Origin: an uncultured bacterium
Lineage (GTDB): Bacteria > Krumholzibacteriota > Krumholzibacteriia > Krumholzibacteriales > Krumholzibacteriaceae
Assembly: GCA_965371515.1 (NCBI GenBank)
Contig: CBDUYR010000028.1
Coordinates: forward strand, 1 to 35,218
DNA: 35,218 nucleotides
Direction: 5' to 3'
Shown here: positions 24,452-35,213 of the stretch, piece by piece
Layout of the letters: each line of letters begins with the position of its first letter
How positions within the stretch are numbered: the stretch's first letter is position 1
Translations under genes and position numbers: made by a program
The notes under the pieces: generated by a model
What the model saw: the letters and a program-made list of their open reading frames with translations, nothing else
Told to the model about the DNA's origin: nothing
The model's database searches: none

Positions 24452-25261
24452 CTATTTTTTCCTGCTTTTCGCCGTAATCTGCGAGTACAGCCTCGGGAAC
24501 CTGTCGGAGAAGATGTCGTTCGCCGGAGTGACGTGCTTGTCATCCGCCTCAGTGACATCGATCTCGATCACTTTGAGCGACTCGCTGCGGTCGCCCGCCG
24601 AGAGGAGGATCTCGCCCGCAGGACTTACGATCTGGCTTCCACCGGTGAAAGTAAGGTTCAGCGTGCCGCGCCTCTCCATACCAATCCTGTTGGCTGTTAT
24701 ACCGAAGACCCTGTTCTCGATACATCTCAGCTTCATCGCCTGCTGTCCCCACGGCAATACGAGGTTGGCGGGGTGGGCCAGGATACCGGCACCCTTCAGG
24801 GCGAGCGAGCGGGCAACCTCAGGCATTATCCAGTCGAAGCAGATCATCATGCCGATTTTCGCTTCGGATGTGCTGATTGTCTTGAGAGACTTGCCCGGGG
24901 TGAAGAAGAGCTTTTCCCGGTCGAATAGATGTACCTTCTGATAAGACTCCACCTTGCCGTTCGGTGAGACGAACACGGCGGAGTTGTAGACAGCCCTCGC
25001 CTTCTTCTCGGCCATGCCGAATATCAGATTGAGGTTGCACTTCTTGGCAACCTTCTTCATCTCGGAGACCGTGTAACTCCTCAGGAGGGGTTCGGCCAGG
25101 GAGCCGACTTCCTTCTGGTTTTTAAACAGGTAGCCGGTATTGAACAGTTCAGGCAGGATGATGGTGGCGTCGGACATCTTGCCGAGAATTGTAACTGCTT
25201 TTTTTACATTCGCTTTAACTTCCCCGAACTTGACACGGAGCTGAAGGAATCCTACTCTCAT
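24452..25261 (-). CDS. carbon-nitrogen hydrolase (nitrilase superfamily)
   Basis: Catalytic triad motifs LPELF (E), YQKVHLF (K) and ICFDW (C), plus ENRVF..TANR. Confidence 0.92.
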   Translation of the reverse strand: MRVGFLQLRVKFGEVKANVKKAVTILGKMSDATIILPELFNTGYLFKNQKEVGSLAEPLLRSYTVSEMKKVAKKCNLNLIFGMAEKKARAVYNSAVFVSPNGKVESYQKVHLFDREKLFFTPGKSLKTISTSEAKIGMMICFDWIMPEVARSLALKGAGILAHPANLVLPWGQQAMKLRCIENRVFGITANRIGMERRGTLNLTFTGGSQIVSPAGEILLSAGDRSESLKVIEIDVTEADDKHVTPANDIFSDRFPRLYSQITAKSRKK

Positions 25262-25385
25262 TTGCTCCCCCTGAAAGTAATGGTTCGACGGATCGAGTCG
25301 AAATCACAATATCGGCGTATTATATCAGAGAATCGCCAGAAATATAAAGAATTTTTCCTCGTTTAAGATTTATCTGATTTCCCCA

Positions 25386-25401
25386 TGGCATAGACCTTGC
25401 A
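25386..25401 (+). promoter_or_regulatory. sigma54 (-24/-12) promoter
   Basis: TGGCAT-AGACC-TTGCA, with exact GG-N10-GC spacing, about 55 nt before the ATG at 25456. Confidence 0.7.
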
Positions 25402-25455
25402 ATTTCGCCCTCCGGCACCGGGTTCAGCAGATCGAACCACAGCAGAGAGAGCATC

Positions 25456-26235
25456 ATGGAGTCTTCAACAGCGTACAGACCGGTAGGAAGGGGCAGCACC
25501 CGCCCATCTCCAGCCTATTACTACATGATGGACAACCTGCTCGAGTGCAGAAAGGAGAGCGGGTTCCCGTCCAACAGGGAATTTTTCGACGAGGATGTAA
25601 ACGTCTACCTCGCCGGGCTGCTCACCTCTCACGTCTTCGGAATTACTGCAGGCACAACTGGCGGAATAATAACGCCTTACGACATTACTGTATTCGAAGC
25701 GGCTCGCGACGAGGCCGATCCCCGCAGGAGATTCAATATCTACAGGGCGAACGCCGACCATCTTCTCGTAAGGCTCGGGGTGTTCGACAATCCCATCGAC
25801 CGCAGGCCGGGCTCGGCGATTCACATGGCCCTGAGGAGTGATGCATGGATCGGCAGGGGCAAGGCATACTACAGACTCGCGTGGGCATGCGCTGCTGAGA
25901 CATTCAGGCGCCCGACGGCGATCGGCGACATAATGGAGAAACTCTCCAATGGATTCGAGAGGTATATCGGGGTCCTCTCCGCGATGAGGTCCTCCTGCCT
26001 CAACATGATCCCCCACATAAGCGACGGCGAGATGTTCCATCTGGAGAGAAAAGTCCTGGAAGAGGACAGGAAAAAGGAGATCGCCGCCTTGTACGACCGT
26101 TTCCTGGACGCATGGACGGCATACCGCAGATCCCGGGACCAGGATGACAGGAAAAAACTTGGGATGGTATCCGAAGAGTTGAAAAAGGCCGACCCGTCGT
26201 TCTCGTTCGATCCCCTCTCAGCGGATACCTGCTAG
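25456..26235 (+). CDS. hypothetical helical protein
   Basis: 259-aa ORF filling the gap between two minus-strand genes, with an SD-like GAGAGAG and an upstream sigma54 site. No catalytic motif recognised. Confidence 0.75.
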   Translation: MESSTAYRPVGRGSTRPSPAYYYMMDNLLECRKESGFPSNREFFDEDVNVYLAGLLTSHVFGITAGTTGGIITPYDITVFEAARDEADPRRRFNIYRANADHLLVRLGVFDNPIDRRPGSAIHMALRSDAWIGRGKAYYRLAWACAAETFRRPTAIGDIMEKLSNGFERYIGVLSAMRSSCLNMIPHISDGEMFHLERKVLEEDRKKEIAALYDRFLDAWTAYRRSRDQDDRKKLGMVSEELKKADPSFSFDPLSADTC

Positions 26236-27137
26236 ACGGCCTTTATAAAATCACCGCAATAGTCGAAGACTTTCTCGGATCCTTCGCCCTCTATTATGAC
26301 GTGTCCACCCTTCGCCAGAAGGACGAACTTCGACCTCGGACTGGTCGCCCTCTTCTGCAGGAACTGATATCCTCTCGCGGAGATAACTGGATCGTCGGCG
26401 GCCTGTATCACGAGCATCGGGTTGTCTATAGGCACCGACCCCAGACTCGAACGGGTACTCTCGATCATATCGAGCATCATGCTCCGGACCGGCATTACCT
26501 TCCTCGTCATCCCGGGTATAAACCGCCTCGCCGCCCAGAACATCGCGAAACGAGAACCGCCCACTGGAAAAAGGCCCGGTGAGAGCAGGATCGTCCCCTT
26601 GACGGGGAACTTCTGCATGAGGTTCAGCGCAATCGTCCCGCCGAAACTGAATCCCGCCACGTAGGAATCAGGAGAGTAGGCAAGCAACGTATCGAGAGCG
26701 ACTTCCGCCTGCGCAAGGCTTGCGCTCCAGGATCCGCCGCCATTCACCCCACGGCCGTTGCGCCCCTTCCCGCCGCCCCTGCCGACGAGAGCCCTGACGT
26801 ACTCGGTGAATCCCGCGTCCGAGTAGTTCGGATCGATCGGGAGCCTGATCCCCAGCACGGTGAATCCCTGCCTGAAGAGATGCTCGGCCATCGGCCGCAT
26901 CTCCCCGGGAGAGCCGCCCGCTCCATGTATGAGAAGACAGGCTATCGCCTCCTTCTTCTGGAGTTTCAGGAAACTCCTGTCCGGTTCGGGCACACCGCTG
27001 CGTCTCTCTACGAAGACCTTGCTGTCAACCCAGAAATCGAGCAGGTCTTTCCTGTAGTCGTAGGTCTTCGGATGAAGACGCACTCTCTCCTGCAGTTCCC
27101 AGATCGACTGGTTTATTCTCTCCAGTGTCTTTACCAT
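26232..27137 (-). CDS. alpha/beta hydrolase (carboxylesterase/lipase-like)
   Basis: LIHG oxyanion motif, GFSFGG nucleophile, ADDPVI (Asp) and GGHVI (His). Confidence 0.85.
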   Translation of the reverse strand: MVKTLERINQSIWELQERVRLHPKTYDYRKDLLDFWVDSKVFVERRSGVPEPDRSFLKLQKKEAIACLLIHGAGGSPGEMRPMAEHLFRQGFTVLGIRLPIDPNYSDAGFTEYVRALVGRGGGKGRNGRGVNGGGSWSASLAQAEVALDTLLAYSPDSYVAGFSFGGTIALNLMQKFPVKGTILLSPGLFPVGGSRFAMFWAARRFIPGMTRKVMPVRSMMLDMIESTRSSLGSVPIDNPMLVIQAADDPVISARGYQFLQKRATSPRSKFVLLAKGGHVIIEGEGSEKVFDYCGDFIKAV

Positions 27138-27838
27138 CAGTTGTAATCAGCCCCTCGGCAAACCTTGATGCACAGACCGCATATCATCGTGTTTATCTTC
27201 TCCGATTTCGCAAACCGCCTCAGCTGCGCGGCGCATCTGTCGAGGTTAAACTTCTCAGGATCATTGTCGATCGCCTCGACCGGACACATCTTAACGCATT
27301 TGTAGCACGTTCCGCAATCCCCCCCTGCGTGATCTCCGCTCCGCGCGGGCAGTTCCATGTCGGTCAGCACGGTGACAAGTCTCACCATCGAGCCGAATTC
27401 GGGGGTGATCAGGAGGTTGTTCCGACCCATCCAGCCCAGGCCGGCCAGGCCGGCGATCTCCCGGTGGGAAAGGTGCGCCTTCAGAAGCTCCCAGTCAAGT
27501 ATTTGCGACGCCGGTACCGGCATGGCCGCGAACCCCTTCCGCTGGATCTCCCCGGCGACGAAGAGTGCAGCCTGGTCGAGGGCGATGTTGACCTGCCTGT
27601 AATGGTAGTAGTAGGTCCAGTTAGGAGCGGTCAGAACGGTCTCCATTACGGGGTCGGAGAGCCGTATCCCCATCGAGACCGCATATGGAAGCAACTTCGC
27701 TATGTCCCTGATTGATTCGTGGAAGCGGAGCCTGTGCTCCTCGTCGATCATCGCCGTACCGAAAAGGTCGATGCCTCTCCGCTCTGCGGTAGTTCTGAGT
27801 CTTTCGAAATCGATCTCTGATTGAAGCCGCTCGCTCAA
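27137..27838 (-). CDS. QueG/reductive-dehalogenase-like 4Fe-4S protein
   Basis: SHREIAGLAGLGWMGRNNLLITPEFGSMVRLVTVLTD, CGTCYKCVKMCP and CGLCIKVC. Confidence 0.8.
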   Translation of the reverse strand: MSERLQSEIDFERLRTTAERRGIDLFGTAMIDEEHRLRFHESIRDIAKLLPYAVSMGIRLSDPVMETVLTAPNWTYYYHYRQVNIALDQAALFVAGEIQRKGFAAMPVPASQILDWELLKAHLSHREIAGLAGLGWMGRNNLLITPEFGSMVRLVTVLTDMELPARSGDHAGGDCGTCYKCVKMCPVEAIDNDPEKFNLDRCAAQLRRFAKSEKINTMICGLCIKVCRGADYN

Positions 27839-27866
27839 TTCTGCCCCCGGTGTATCGCCGCTGATA

Positions 27867-29333
<1,467 letters not shown>

Positions 29334-29431
29334 TTACGCCGAAGGAGCGCTGACGCTCCCTCTCCCTCCTCTCGAACCAGGCTTCCCTGTCCGTCTATAT
29401 ATTCATCTCATGAAAACCCTGTGTTGACAGG

Positions 29432-29460
29432 AACATACTCCCTGCCACAGGGACTGTCAA
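29432..29460 (-). promoter_or_regulatory. sigma70 promoter for guaB
   Basis: Minus strand TTGACA (29460-29455), 17 nt, TATGTT (29437-29432). Confidence 0.55.
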
Positions 29461-30347
29461 GATTGATTAGCCCTGGACGAATTGCCATTCCCGGGGCCGC
29501 CCTCGCCGGAGAGAAGCTCATAGAGCCGGCTGCTCGCCGCGCCGGACTGGAAATCCGACAGGGGCCTGCGCTCCATCTTTCGCCCCTCGAATATAGCCAG
29601 GTCCTCGATGCCGGCTTCCTCGAGAAGTCTGAAGGCATACCTGAAATCGCGCCCGACATCGGCCGGCGTATGGGCGTCCGAACCGAGCGTGACGGGAACC
29701 CCCTCCGCTACGCAGGCCTCGAGAAGAAGCCTGTCGGGGTATATGGAGCCGGCGCCCCTGCGCAGCCCTGCCGTGTTGACCTCTATCGCCATCGACTGCT
29801 TCGCCAGCAGCCTGGCGAGTTTCACGTATTGTTCGGACGAGCCCGGCCCGGGCACGAAGGCCTCCTTGCGAATCGCGTCGGCATGGGCAAGGACGTCGAA
29901 GAGCCCGCTGCGGATCATGTCTCCGAGAAGTTCGAAATATTTCGGGAATACTTCCTCCGGATCCTCGGATTCGTACCGATGACTCCCCGCCTTGCTGCTG
30001 AAATGCCAGTCTCCCAGGAAATGGAGTGATCCGAGGACGTAATCGAACGGGTATTTCGCCAGAAGATCCCTCGTTTTGTCCTCGAGACCGGGGAAGTAGT
30101 CCGCCTCTATCCCCAGCTTTATGCTGATACTGCCGCGGTATTTCGTCTGGAGATGATCGATCAGGGCGACGTAGTCGGGGAGCTGGTTCTCCAGCATCGC
30201 GTGATAGGGATCAGGATCTACGACCTTGGGAAGATGGGCGGAGAAACCGATCTCGAGGAACCCCTTCCCGAGGGCCTCGAGCACGTACTCCTCCAGCTCG
30301 CCTTCGGCGTGCCCGCAGAAATTGCCATGCATGTGATAATCGATCAT
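29457..30347 (-). CDS. PHP-family histidinol-phosphatase (HisJ family)
   Basis: Motifs DYHMH...GHA, GIEADY, DYVLGSLH, EVNTAGLR and LGSDAH. Confidence 0.88.
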   Translation of the reverse strand: MIDYHMHGNFCGHAEGELEEYVLEALGKGFLEIGFSAHLPKVVDPDPYHAMLENQLPDYVALIDHLQTKYRGSISIKLGIEADYFPGLEDKTRDLLAKYPFDYVLGSLHFLGDWHFSSKAGSHRYESEDPEEVFPKYFELLGDMIRSGLFDVLAHADAIRKEAFVPGPGSSEQYVKLARLLAKQSMAIEVNTAGLRRGAGSIYPDRLLLEACVAEGVPVTLGSDAHTPADVGRDFRYAFRLLEEAGIEDLAIFEGRKMERRPLSDFQSGAASSRLYELLSGEGGPGNGNSSRANQS

Positions 30348-30400
30348 CGTACTGACATGATATACTTTTTGCCGGCATTCGGCAACAACTGCGATGAAAA

Positions 30401-31414
30401 TCAGCAGATCCGCGGCAGGAGGTCTCCGTAAGGCAGGTCGACGACTCTCTCCCCCCCGAAAGATGTCTTCATGATCACACGACCCACGGGTCCGGCGACC
30501 ACCTCGCCTATTATCACTGCGTCCTTTCCCAATTCCATGCCTCGCATAGCCTCGAGGACGGCATCGGCTTCACCTGGATCGACGATTGCGACAAGCTTCC
30601 CCTCGTTGGCGATGTTGAGCGGGTCGTATCCCATCAGCTCGCACCCGTTCCTCACCGCTTCGGCAACCGGTATAAGCTCTTCCTCTATTCTGACGCAGAT
30701 ATTCGAATCGACCGCGATCTCGTTGAGTACTGCGGCGAGCCCTCCCCTCGTTGCGTCGCGCATCGCCCTGATGCTGGCGAAGTTCTCGAGCAACGGCACT
30801 GTGAGTTTCGAAAGAGGCGCGGCATCGCTCTTCAGGTCGCTCCCGAAATCGATCCCCTCGCGCATGCTCAGTATCGCGAGACCGTGATCGCCTATCGTAC
30901 CGCTTACGATGATCCTGTCTCCCTCCACGGCGGAATCGGAAGAGAGGAATATGCCGGCGGGCACGATTCCTATCCCCGCCGTATTTATGAAGATGCCGTC
31001 GGCCTTGCCGCGATCGACGACCTTGGTATCCCCGGTTACCACGGTCACACCAGCCTCTTCGGCGGCGGCTCTGATCGACGACGCGATCCTCTCGAGATCG
31101 GTCACGGGGAATCCCTCCTCGATGATCATCGCGAGTGAGATGAACTTCGGAACGGCGCCGCAGACAGCGAGGTCGTTGACCGTTCCGCAGACGGCGAGAT
31201 GACCGATGTCGCCACCAGGAAAAAAGAGCGGGTGGACAACGAACGAATCGGTAGTAAAGGCAAGCCGGCCGGCCGGCACGTCTAACACGGCGCTGTCCTG
31301 AAGCGCGCCCTCCTGCCCGCCGACCATGTCGACGAGGAAGGAGACGAGTTCCTTCATCATTATCCCACCACCGCCGTGGGCGAGGAGTATCTTCTCGTCC
31401 TCGAGCCTGCTCAT
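30401..31414 (-). CDS. hypE: hydrogenase maturation carbamoyl dehydratase HypE
   Basis: AHGGGG, FTTDSFVV, GTVNDL, GDTKVV, RDATRGG, ANEGK and C-terminal PRIC. ATG at 31414 with SD. Confidence 0.96.
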   Translation of the reverse strand: MSRLEDEKILLAHGGGGIMMKELVSFLVDMVGGQEGALQDSAVLDVPAGRLAFTTDSFVVHPLFFPGGDIGHLAVCGTVNDLAVCGAVPKFISLAMIIEEGFPVTDLERIASSIRAAAEEAGVTVVTGDTKVVDRGKADGIFINTAGIGIVPAGIFLSSDSAVEGDRIIVSGTIGDHGLAILSMREGIDFGSDLKSDAAPLSKLTVPLLENFASIRAMRDATRGGLAAVLNEIAVDSNICVRIEEELIPVAEAVRNGCELMGYDPLNIANEGKLVAIVDPGEADAVLEAMRGMELGKDAVIIGEVVAGPVGRVIMKTSFGGERVVDLPYGDLLPRIC

Positions 31415-31457
31415 CCCTTCAGCTCCCTTTTTGATATGCTGTAAAACATCAGCCGCA

Positions 31458-33776
31458 TTATAGCGTACCCTTGGCGATCCTGGCAGCGGCAATCTGTACC
31501 TGCCCCAGCGAGACTCCGCCGTCGTTCGGAGGCACCATCCTGTGCATCAGAAAATCGATCCCGGTACGGGCTGAAAGCTCCATGACCCGCTCACAGAGCA
31601 ACCTGTTCTGGAAGACGCCCCCGGACAGGACTGCCGCCTGGCATCCGTTCAGCGATGCCAGCCTGACGGCAGTATCCACTATCATCCCGGCGACGCTCTC
31701 GTGGAAAACCGCGGCTATCTCCGCCTGTTCCACCCCCGCGCCAAGGTCCTCCAGTATCCCTGCGATCACCGGAGCGGCGTCGATCTCGACCGGATGGTTC
31801 TCGCCATATCCGAAACTGTATCTCTTCCCGACCGGGCCCTTCTCGAGCGCGAGGCTTTCGAGTGCGATCGCTGCCTGAGCCTCGTAGCTCACCCGCAGAC
31901 CGAGCCCGAGAAGACCTGCCACCGCGTCGAAGAGCCTGCCGGCGCTCGAGGTCATCATCGAGTTTATGTTGCGGTCGGCCATCTCCATGATTATCTCCGC
32001 GGGGAGGTCGCCGAGCGGCAGCCCCTGTGGAGCATTGTCGACAGCCGAGGCCCCGTACAGCTCGCGCAGGTACATCAGCGACATCCTCCACGGTTCCCTC
32101 ACCGCTTTCTCTCCGCCGGGGAGAGGGACACACTTGAGGTGCGCGAGCCTTCTGAAATCATGCGGGTGCGCCAGCAGAAACTCTCCTCCCCATAATGTTC
32201 CGTCGCCCCCGTACCCCGTGCCGTCGAACGAAACGCCGATCACCGGCTCGCTCAGGCCGTACTCGGCCATGACGCTGACCGCGTGGGCATGATGGTGCTG
32301 CACCTCGATTATCCTGTCGGCAGGGAGCAGCTTGGCTATCCTCGACGTGAAATAATCGGGGTGCATGTCCCTCACGATGATCGAGGGCGATACAGAAAGC
32401 ATTTTCTCGAATGAATCGAGCTCGCGGCGGTAGTTCTTCTCGCTCCTGTAATCGCCCATGTCCCCCAGGTGTGGAGAGACAAAGGCCGAATCGCCCCTCG
32501 TCAGTGTAAAAGTCCCCTTTTCCTGTCCGCCCAGCCCGAGGATGCAGACATCGGCGCCGGGGCTGATCGGTACGGGCTCGGGCACGAATCCCCGGGCTCG
32601 CCTCACCGGCACGGGCACTCCGCCCGGGACGAAGAATATCGAGTCGTCGCACTTGTGCGCTATCCGTCTGTCGTTGACGAGCGCCGCGTCGGCCATCGTC
32701 CCGAGTATCCCGAGAAGTTCCTCCTCATTCGAGATAAGCGGTTCGTCGGTAAAATTGGCCGAGGTCATGATCAGAGCTTCGAAATCCTCCATGAGCAGGT
32801 GATGAACCGGCGTGTAGGGCAGGAAGGCCCCGGTGAATGCATTGCCGGGAGCGATCCCGGCAGGGAGAAGCCCCGGTTTCTTTCTGCGCAGGAGGACGAT
32901 CGGCGCCTCCGGCGAGAGGAGCAGCTTCCGCTCGACCTCTCCCGTCTCACAGTACCTCTCGAGAGTATCGATATCGCGGAACATCACGGCAAAAGGCTTT
33001 GCAGGGCGTTTCTTACGCTCGCGGAGGGTGGAGACAGCAGCCACGCTCGCTGCGAGGCAGGCGAGGTGATACCCACCCAGCCCCTTGATAGCGAGTATCT
33101 TTCCGGCAGCGATGAGACGTTTCGCTTCATCGACGGGATCTCCTGAGATCTCCTGCATGTCGGCATCGATCAGCGACAGAGTCGGACCGCAGTTCGGACA
33201 GGAGATCGGCTCGGCGTGGAACCTCCTGTCGGAAGGATCGGCGTACTGCCCGCTGCACAGATCGTCCATCTCGAACTCGCTCATCGTGGTGAGCGGCCTG
33301 TCGTACGGCAGCCCCTCGATTATAGTGAATCTCGGCCCGCAGTTGGTGCAGTTGATGAACGGGTACCTGTGTCTCGGATCCTCGGAATCGCCCATCTCGC
33401 GCAGGCAGTCGGCGCAGACGGCCGTATCGACCGGGTAGAGAGCGTCCGAGCCTCCCGCCTCCTCGCTCTCCACGATCACGAATTCGCTCTCGCCGTTCGT
33501 TTCGACGGCTTCAGCTTCTAGCGAGTCGATCCTCGCAAGCGGCGGCAGGTCGTTCTCGAGGGCCGAGGCGAACGACAGGATCGCCTCGCGCGATCCCTCT
33601 ACCTCTATCAAGACACCGCGCCTGGTGTTCCTCACGAACCCGGCGAGGCCAGCCTCCGCGGCCAGCCTGTAGATCGACGGGCGGAATCCGACCCCCTGCA
33701 CCCGTCCCCTGACGGTCAGAGCGAGCCTTCCGGCTTCTCCCTCGATCTTCGATTCGAATATCTTCCGTATATCCAT
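31458..33776 (-). CDS. hypF: carbamoyltransferase HypF
   Basis: Acylphosphatase-like GRVQGVGFRP, Zn fingers FINCTNCGPRF and CPNCGP, KGLGGYHL, QHHHAH, DGTGYG and NDGGVSLGQ. Confidence 0.96.
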   Translation of the reverse strand: MDIRKIFESKIEGEAGRLALTVRGRVQGVGFRPSIYRLAAEAGLAGFVRNTRRGVLIEVEGSREAILSFASALENDLPPLARIDSLEAEAVETNGESEFVIVESEEAGGSDALYPVDTAVCADCLREMGDSEDPRHRYPFINCTNCGPRFTIIEGLPYDRPLTTMSEFEMDDLCSGQYADPSDRRFHAEPISCPNCGPTLSLIDADMQEISGDPVDEAKRLIAAGKILAIKGLGGYHLACLAASVAAVSTLRERKKRPAKPFAVMFRDIDTLERYCETGEVERKLLLSPEAPIVLLRRKKPGLLPAGIAPGNAFTGAFLPYTPVHHLLMEDFEALIMTSANFTDEPLISNEEELLGILGTMADAALVNDRRIAHKCDDSIFFVPGGVPVPVRRARGFVPEPVPISPGADVCILGLGGQEKGTFTLTRGDSAFVSPHLGDMGDYRSEKNYRRELDSFEKMLSVSPSIIVRDMHPDYFTSRIAKLLPADRIIEVQHHHAHAVSVMAEYGLSEPVIGVSFDGTGYGGDGTLWGGEFLLAHPHDFRRLAHLKCVPLPGGEKAVREPWRMSLMYLRELYGASAVDNAPQGLPLGDLPAEIIMEMADRNINSMMTSSAGRLFDAVAGLLGLGLRVSYEAQAAIALESLALEKGPVGKRYSFGYGENHPVEIDAAPVIAGILEDLGAGVEQAEIAAVFHESVAGMIVDTAVRLASLNGCQAAVLSGGVFQNRLLCERVMELSARTGIDFLMHRMVPPNDGGVSLGQVQIAAARIAKGTL

Positions 33777-33928
33777 AGGGCACTGTCTCAGAATGAAAAA
33801 TGTCATATTAAGATACCGGCGATAGGCGCCTTTTTCCAGCGAAAACGCCCCGAAACGGTCGTGATTTATCTTGCAGCAGGACCCCCCGCGGAAATAGAAT
33901 CGTCCGGAAATCCGGGAAAGGAGATCAG

Positions 33929-34594
33929 ATGACCGAACCGATCACAACTTACATCATGAGACTCGCCATGGCGCTCCTGGTCGGGGGCGTCGTAGGCCTC
34001 GAGCGCGAGTTCAAGGGAAAGCCGGCCGGCATCAGGACGAACATCCTGATCTGTGTCGGCTCGTGCCTCTTTATGATCATCTCGATCGAGGTGGCAAGGA
34101 CGGCCGGCCGTGTCGCCGACCCCGGCCGCATAGCCGCCCAGGTCGTAACAGGTGTCGGATTCCTCTGCGCTGGAACGATCATGCGCTCGAGGTTCACCGT
34201 TTCGGGCCTTACCACGGCCGCTACGATCTGGGTCCTCTCCGCCCTGGGGCTCGCCATTGGAGCGGGATATATAATCCTCGGTGTCGCCGGCGCGGCGATT
34301 ATCACTCTGACCCTGATCGCGGTGAGGTTCTTCGAGGCGGGCATACATTACTTCCACGCCAACCACATCGTCCAGCTCGTTCTCGAAACCCGTGAGGAGA
34401 TAGTTCCGACAGTACTGAGAGAGTTCTCGAAGATGAAGGTCGCGACCGAAGTGCACGACATAAAGCTCGCCGGCGAGACATGGCAGGTTATCATAGAGTA
34501 CAACACCTCGAAAAAGACCCACATAACGCTTCTGAAGGAGCTGTCAAATATTGGCGGGGTCAGCTCAGTGACCGAGCTGGGACACGAGTTTTAG
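33929..34594 (+). CDS. MgtC/SapB family membrane protein
   Basis: GLERE...AGIRT, DPGRIAAQVVTGVGFL and GLTTAATIW; AAGGAG SD. Confidence 0.93.
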   Translation: MTEPITTYIMRLAMALLVGGVVGLEREFKGKPAGIRTNILICVGSCLFMIISIEVARTAGRVADPGRIAAQVVTGVGFLCAGTIMRSRFTVSGLTTAATIWVLSALGLAIGAGYIILGVAGAAIITLTLIAVRFFEAGIHYFHANHIVQLVLETREEIVPTVLREFSKMKVATEVHDIKLAGETWQVIIEYNTSKKTHITLLKELSNIGGVSSVTELGHEF

Positions 34595-34660
34595 CCGAAA
34601 CCTGTCTATTCGAGCACAGCGGCCCCCTCTTCAGGCCCCTGCGGTTAAATTCTTTTCCGT

Positions 34661-35158
34661 TCATACCTTTGGAATCCTGAATGCAGTGAAGACCCTCACG
34701 AGCCACCATGCCGTGTACGCGATATACGATATGAACATCACAAGGAATATCCCCCCGTCCAGTCTGACCGGATCGGAGAGGTTCGCCGCGATGAGCAGGA
34801 TCAGGGCACCGAGCATAAGCAGCCCCGTGGCAATACCGAAGTTGTACATGATGCTTTCCATCCGCCTTATCGCCTCGGGCCTGTTCTCGTCGAGAAGCCA
34901 GAAATCCCTGTTGGGAAGGCTGATATATTTCGGCGGGACTCCATCGAGAAGTCTCGGGGCGAGAGCGAAACTGCCATAGAGCACCGCCATGAGGACCATG
35001 AATATCAGGATATGCGCCCCCTTGGACATCCAGCTGTCGGGCGCTCCGCTCCTGCCGAAATGAATCGCGACGTTGTCGGGCAGTATGAAATACGAAAAGA
35101 GGTTGAAGAGGACCACGAGGATGAAAACGGTGTTCAGAACGGTTCGCGCATTAAACAT
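34661..35158 (-). CDS. DUF1648-type membrane protein
   Basis: LPDNVAIHFGRSGAPDSW pattern, LPNRDFWL and four TM helices; GGAGG SD. Confidence 0.75.
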   Translation of the reverse strand: MFNARTVLNTVFILVVLFNLFSYFILPDNVAIHFGRSGAPDSWMSKGAHILIFMVLMAVLYGSFALAPRLLDGVPPKYISLPNRDFWLLDENRPEAIRRMESIMYNFGIATGLLMLGALILLIAANLSDPVRLDGGIFLVMFISYIAYTAWWLVRVFTAFRIPKV

Positions 35159-35177
35159 GATACTCGCCTCCGGTCAT

Positions 35178-35213
35178 GGGCAGAGGGTCCGCCTGATGGC
35201 GGACCCTCTGCCC
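35178..35213. repeat. perfect 16-bp inverted repeat (terminator-like or REP-like hairpin)
   Basis: GGGCAGAGGGTCCGCC-TGAT-GGCGGACCCTCTGCCC. Confidence 0.8.

Noticed and set aside
29334..29425. Purine riboswitch ahead of guaB
   Set aside because: The conserved purine-aptamer core and three-way junction are not visible.
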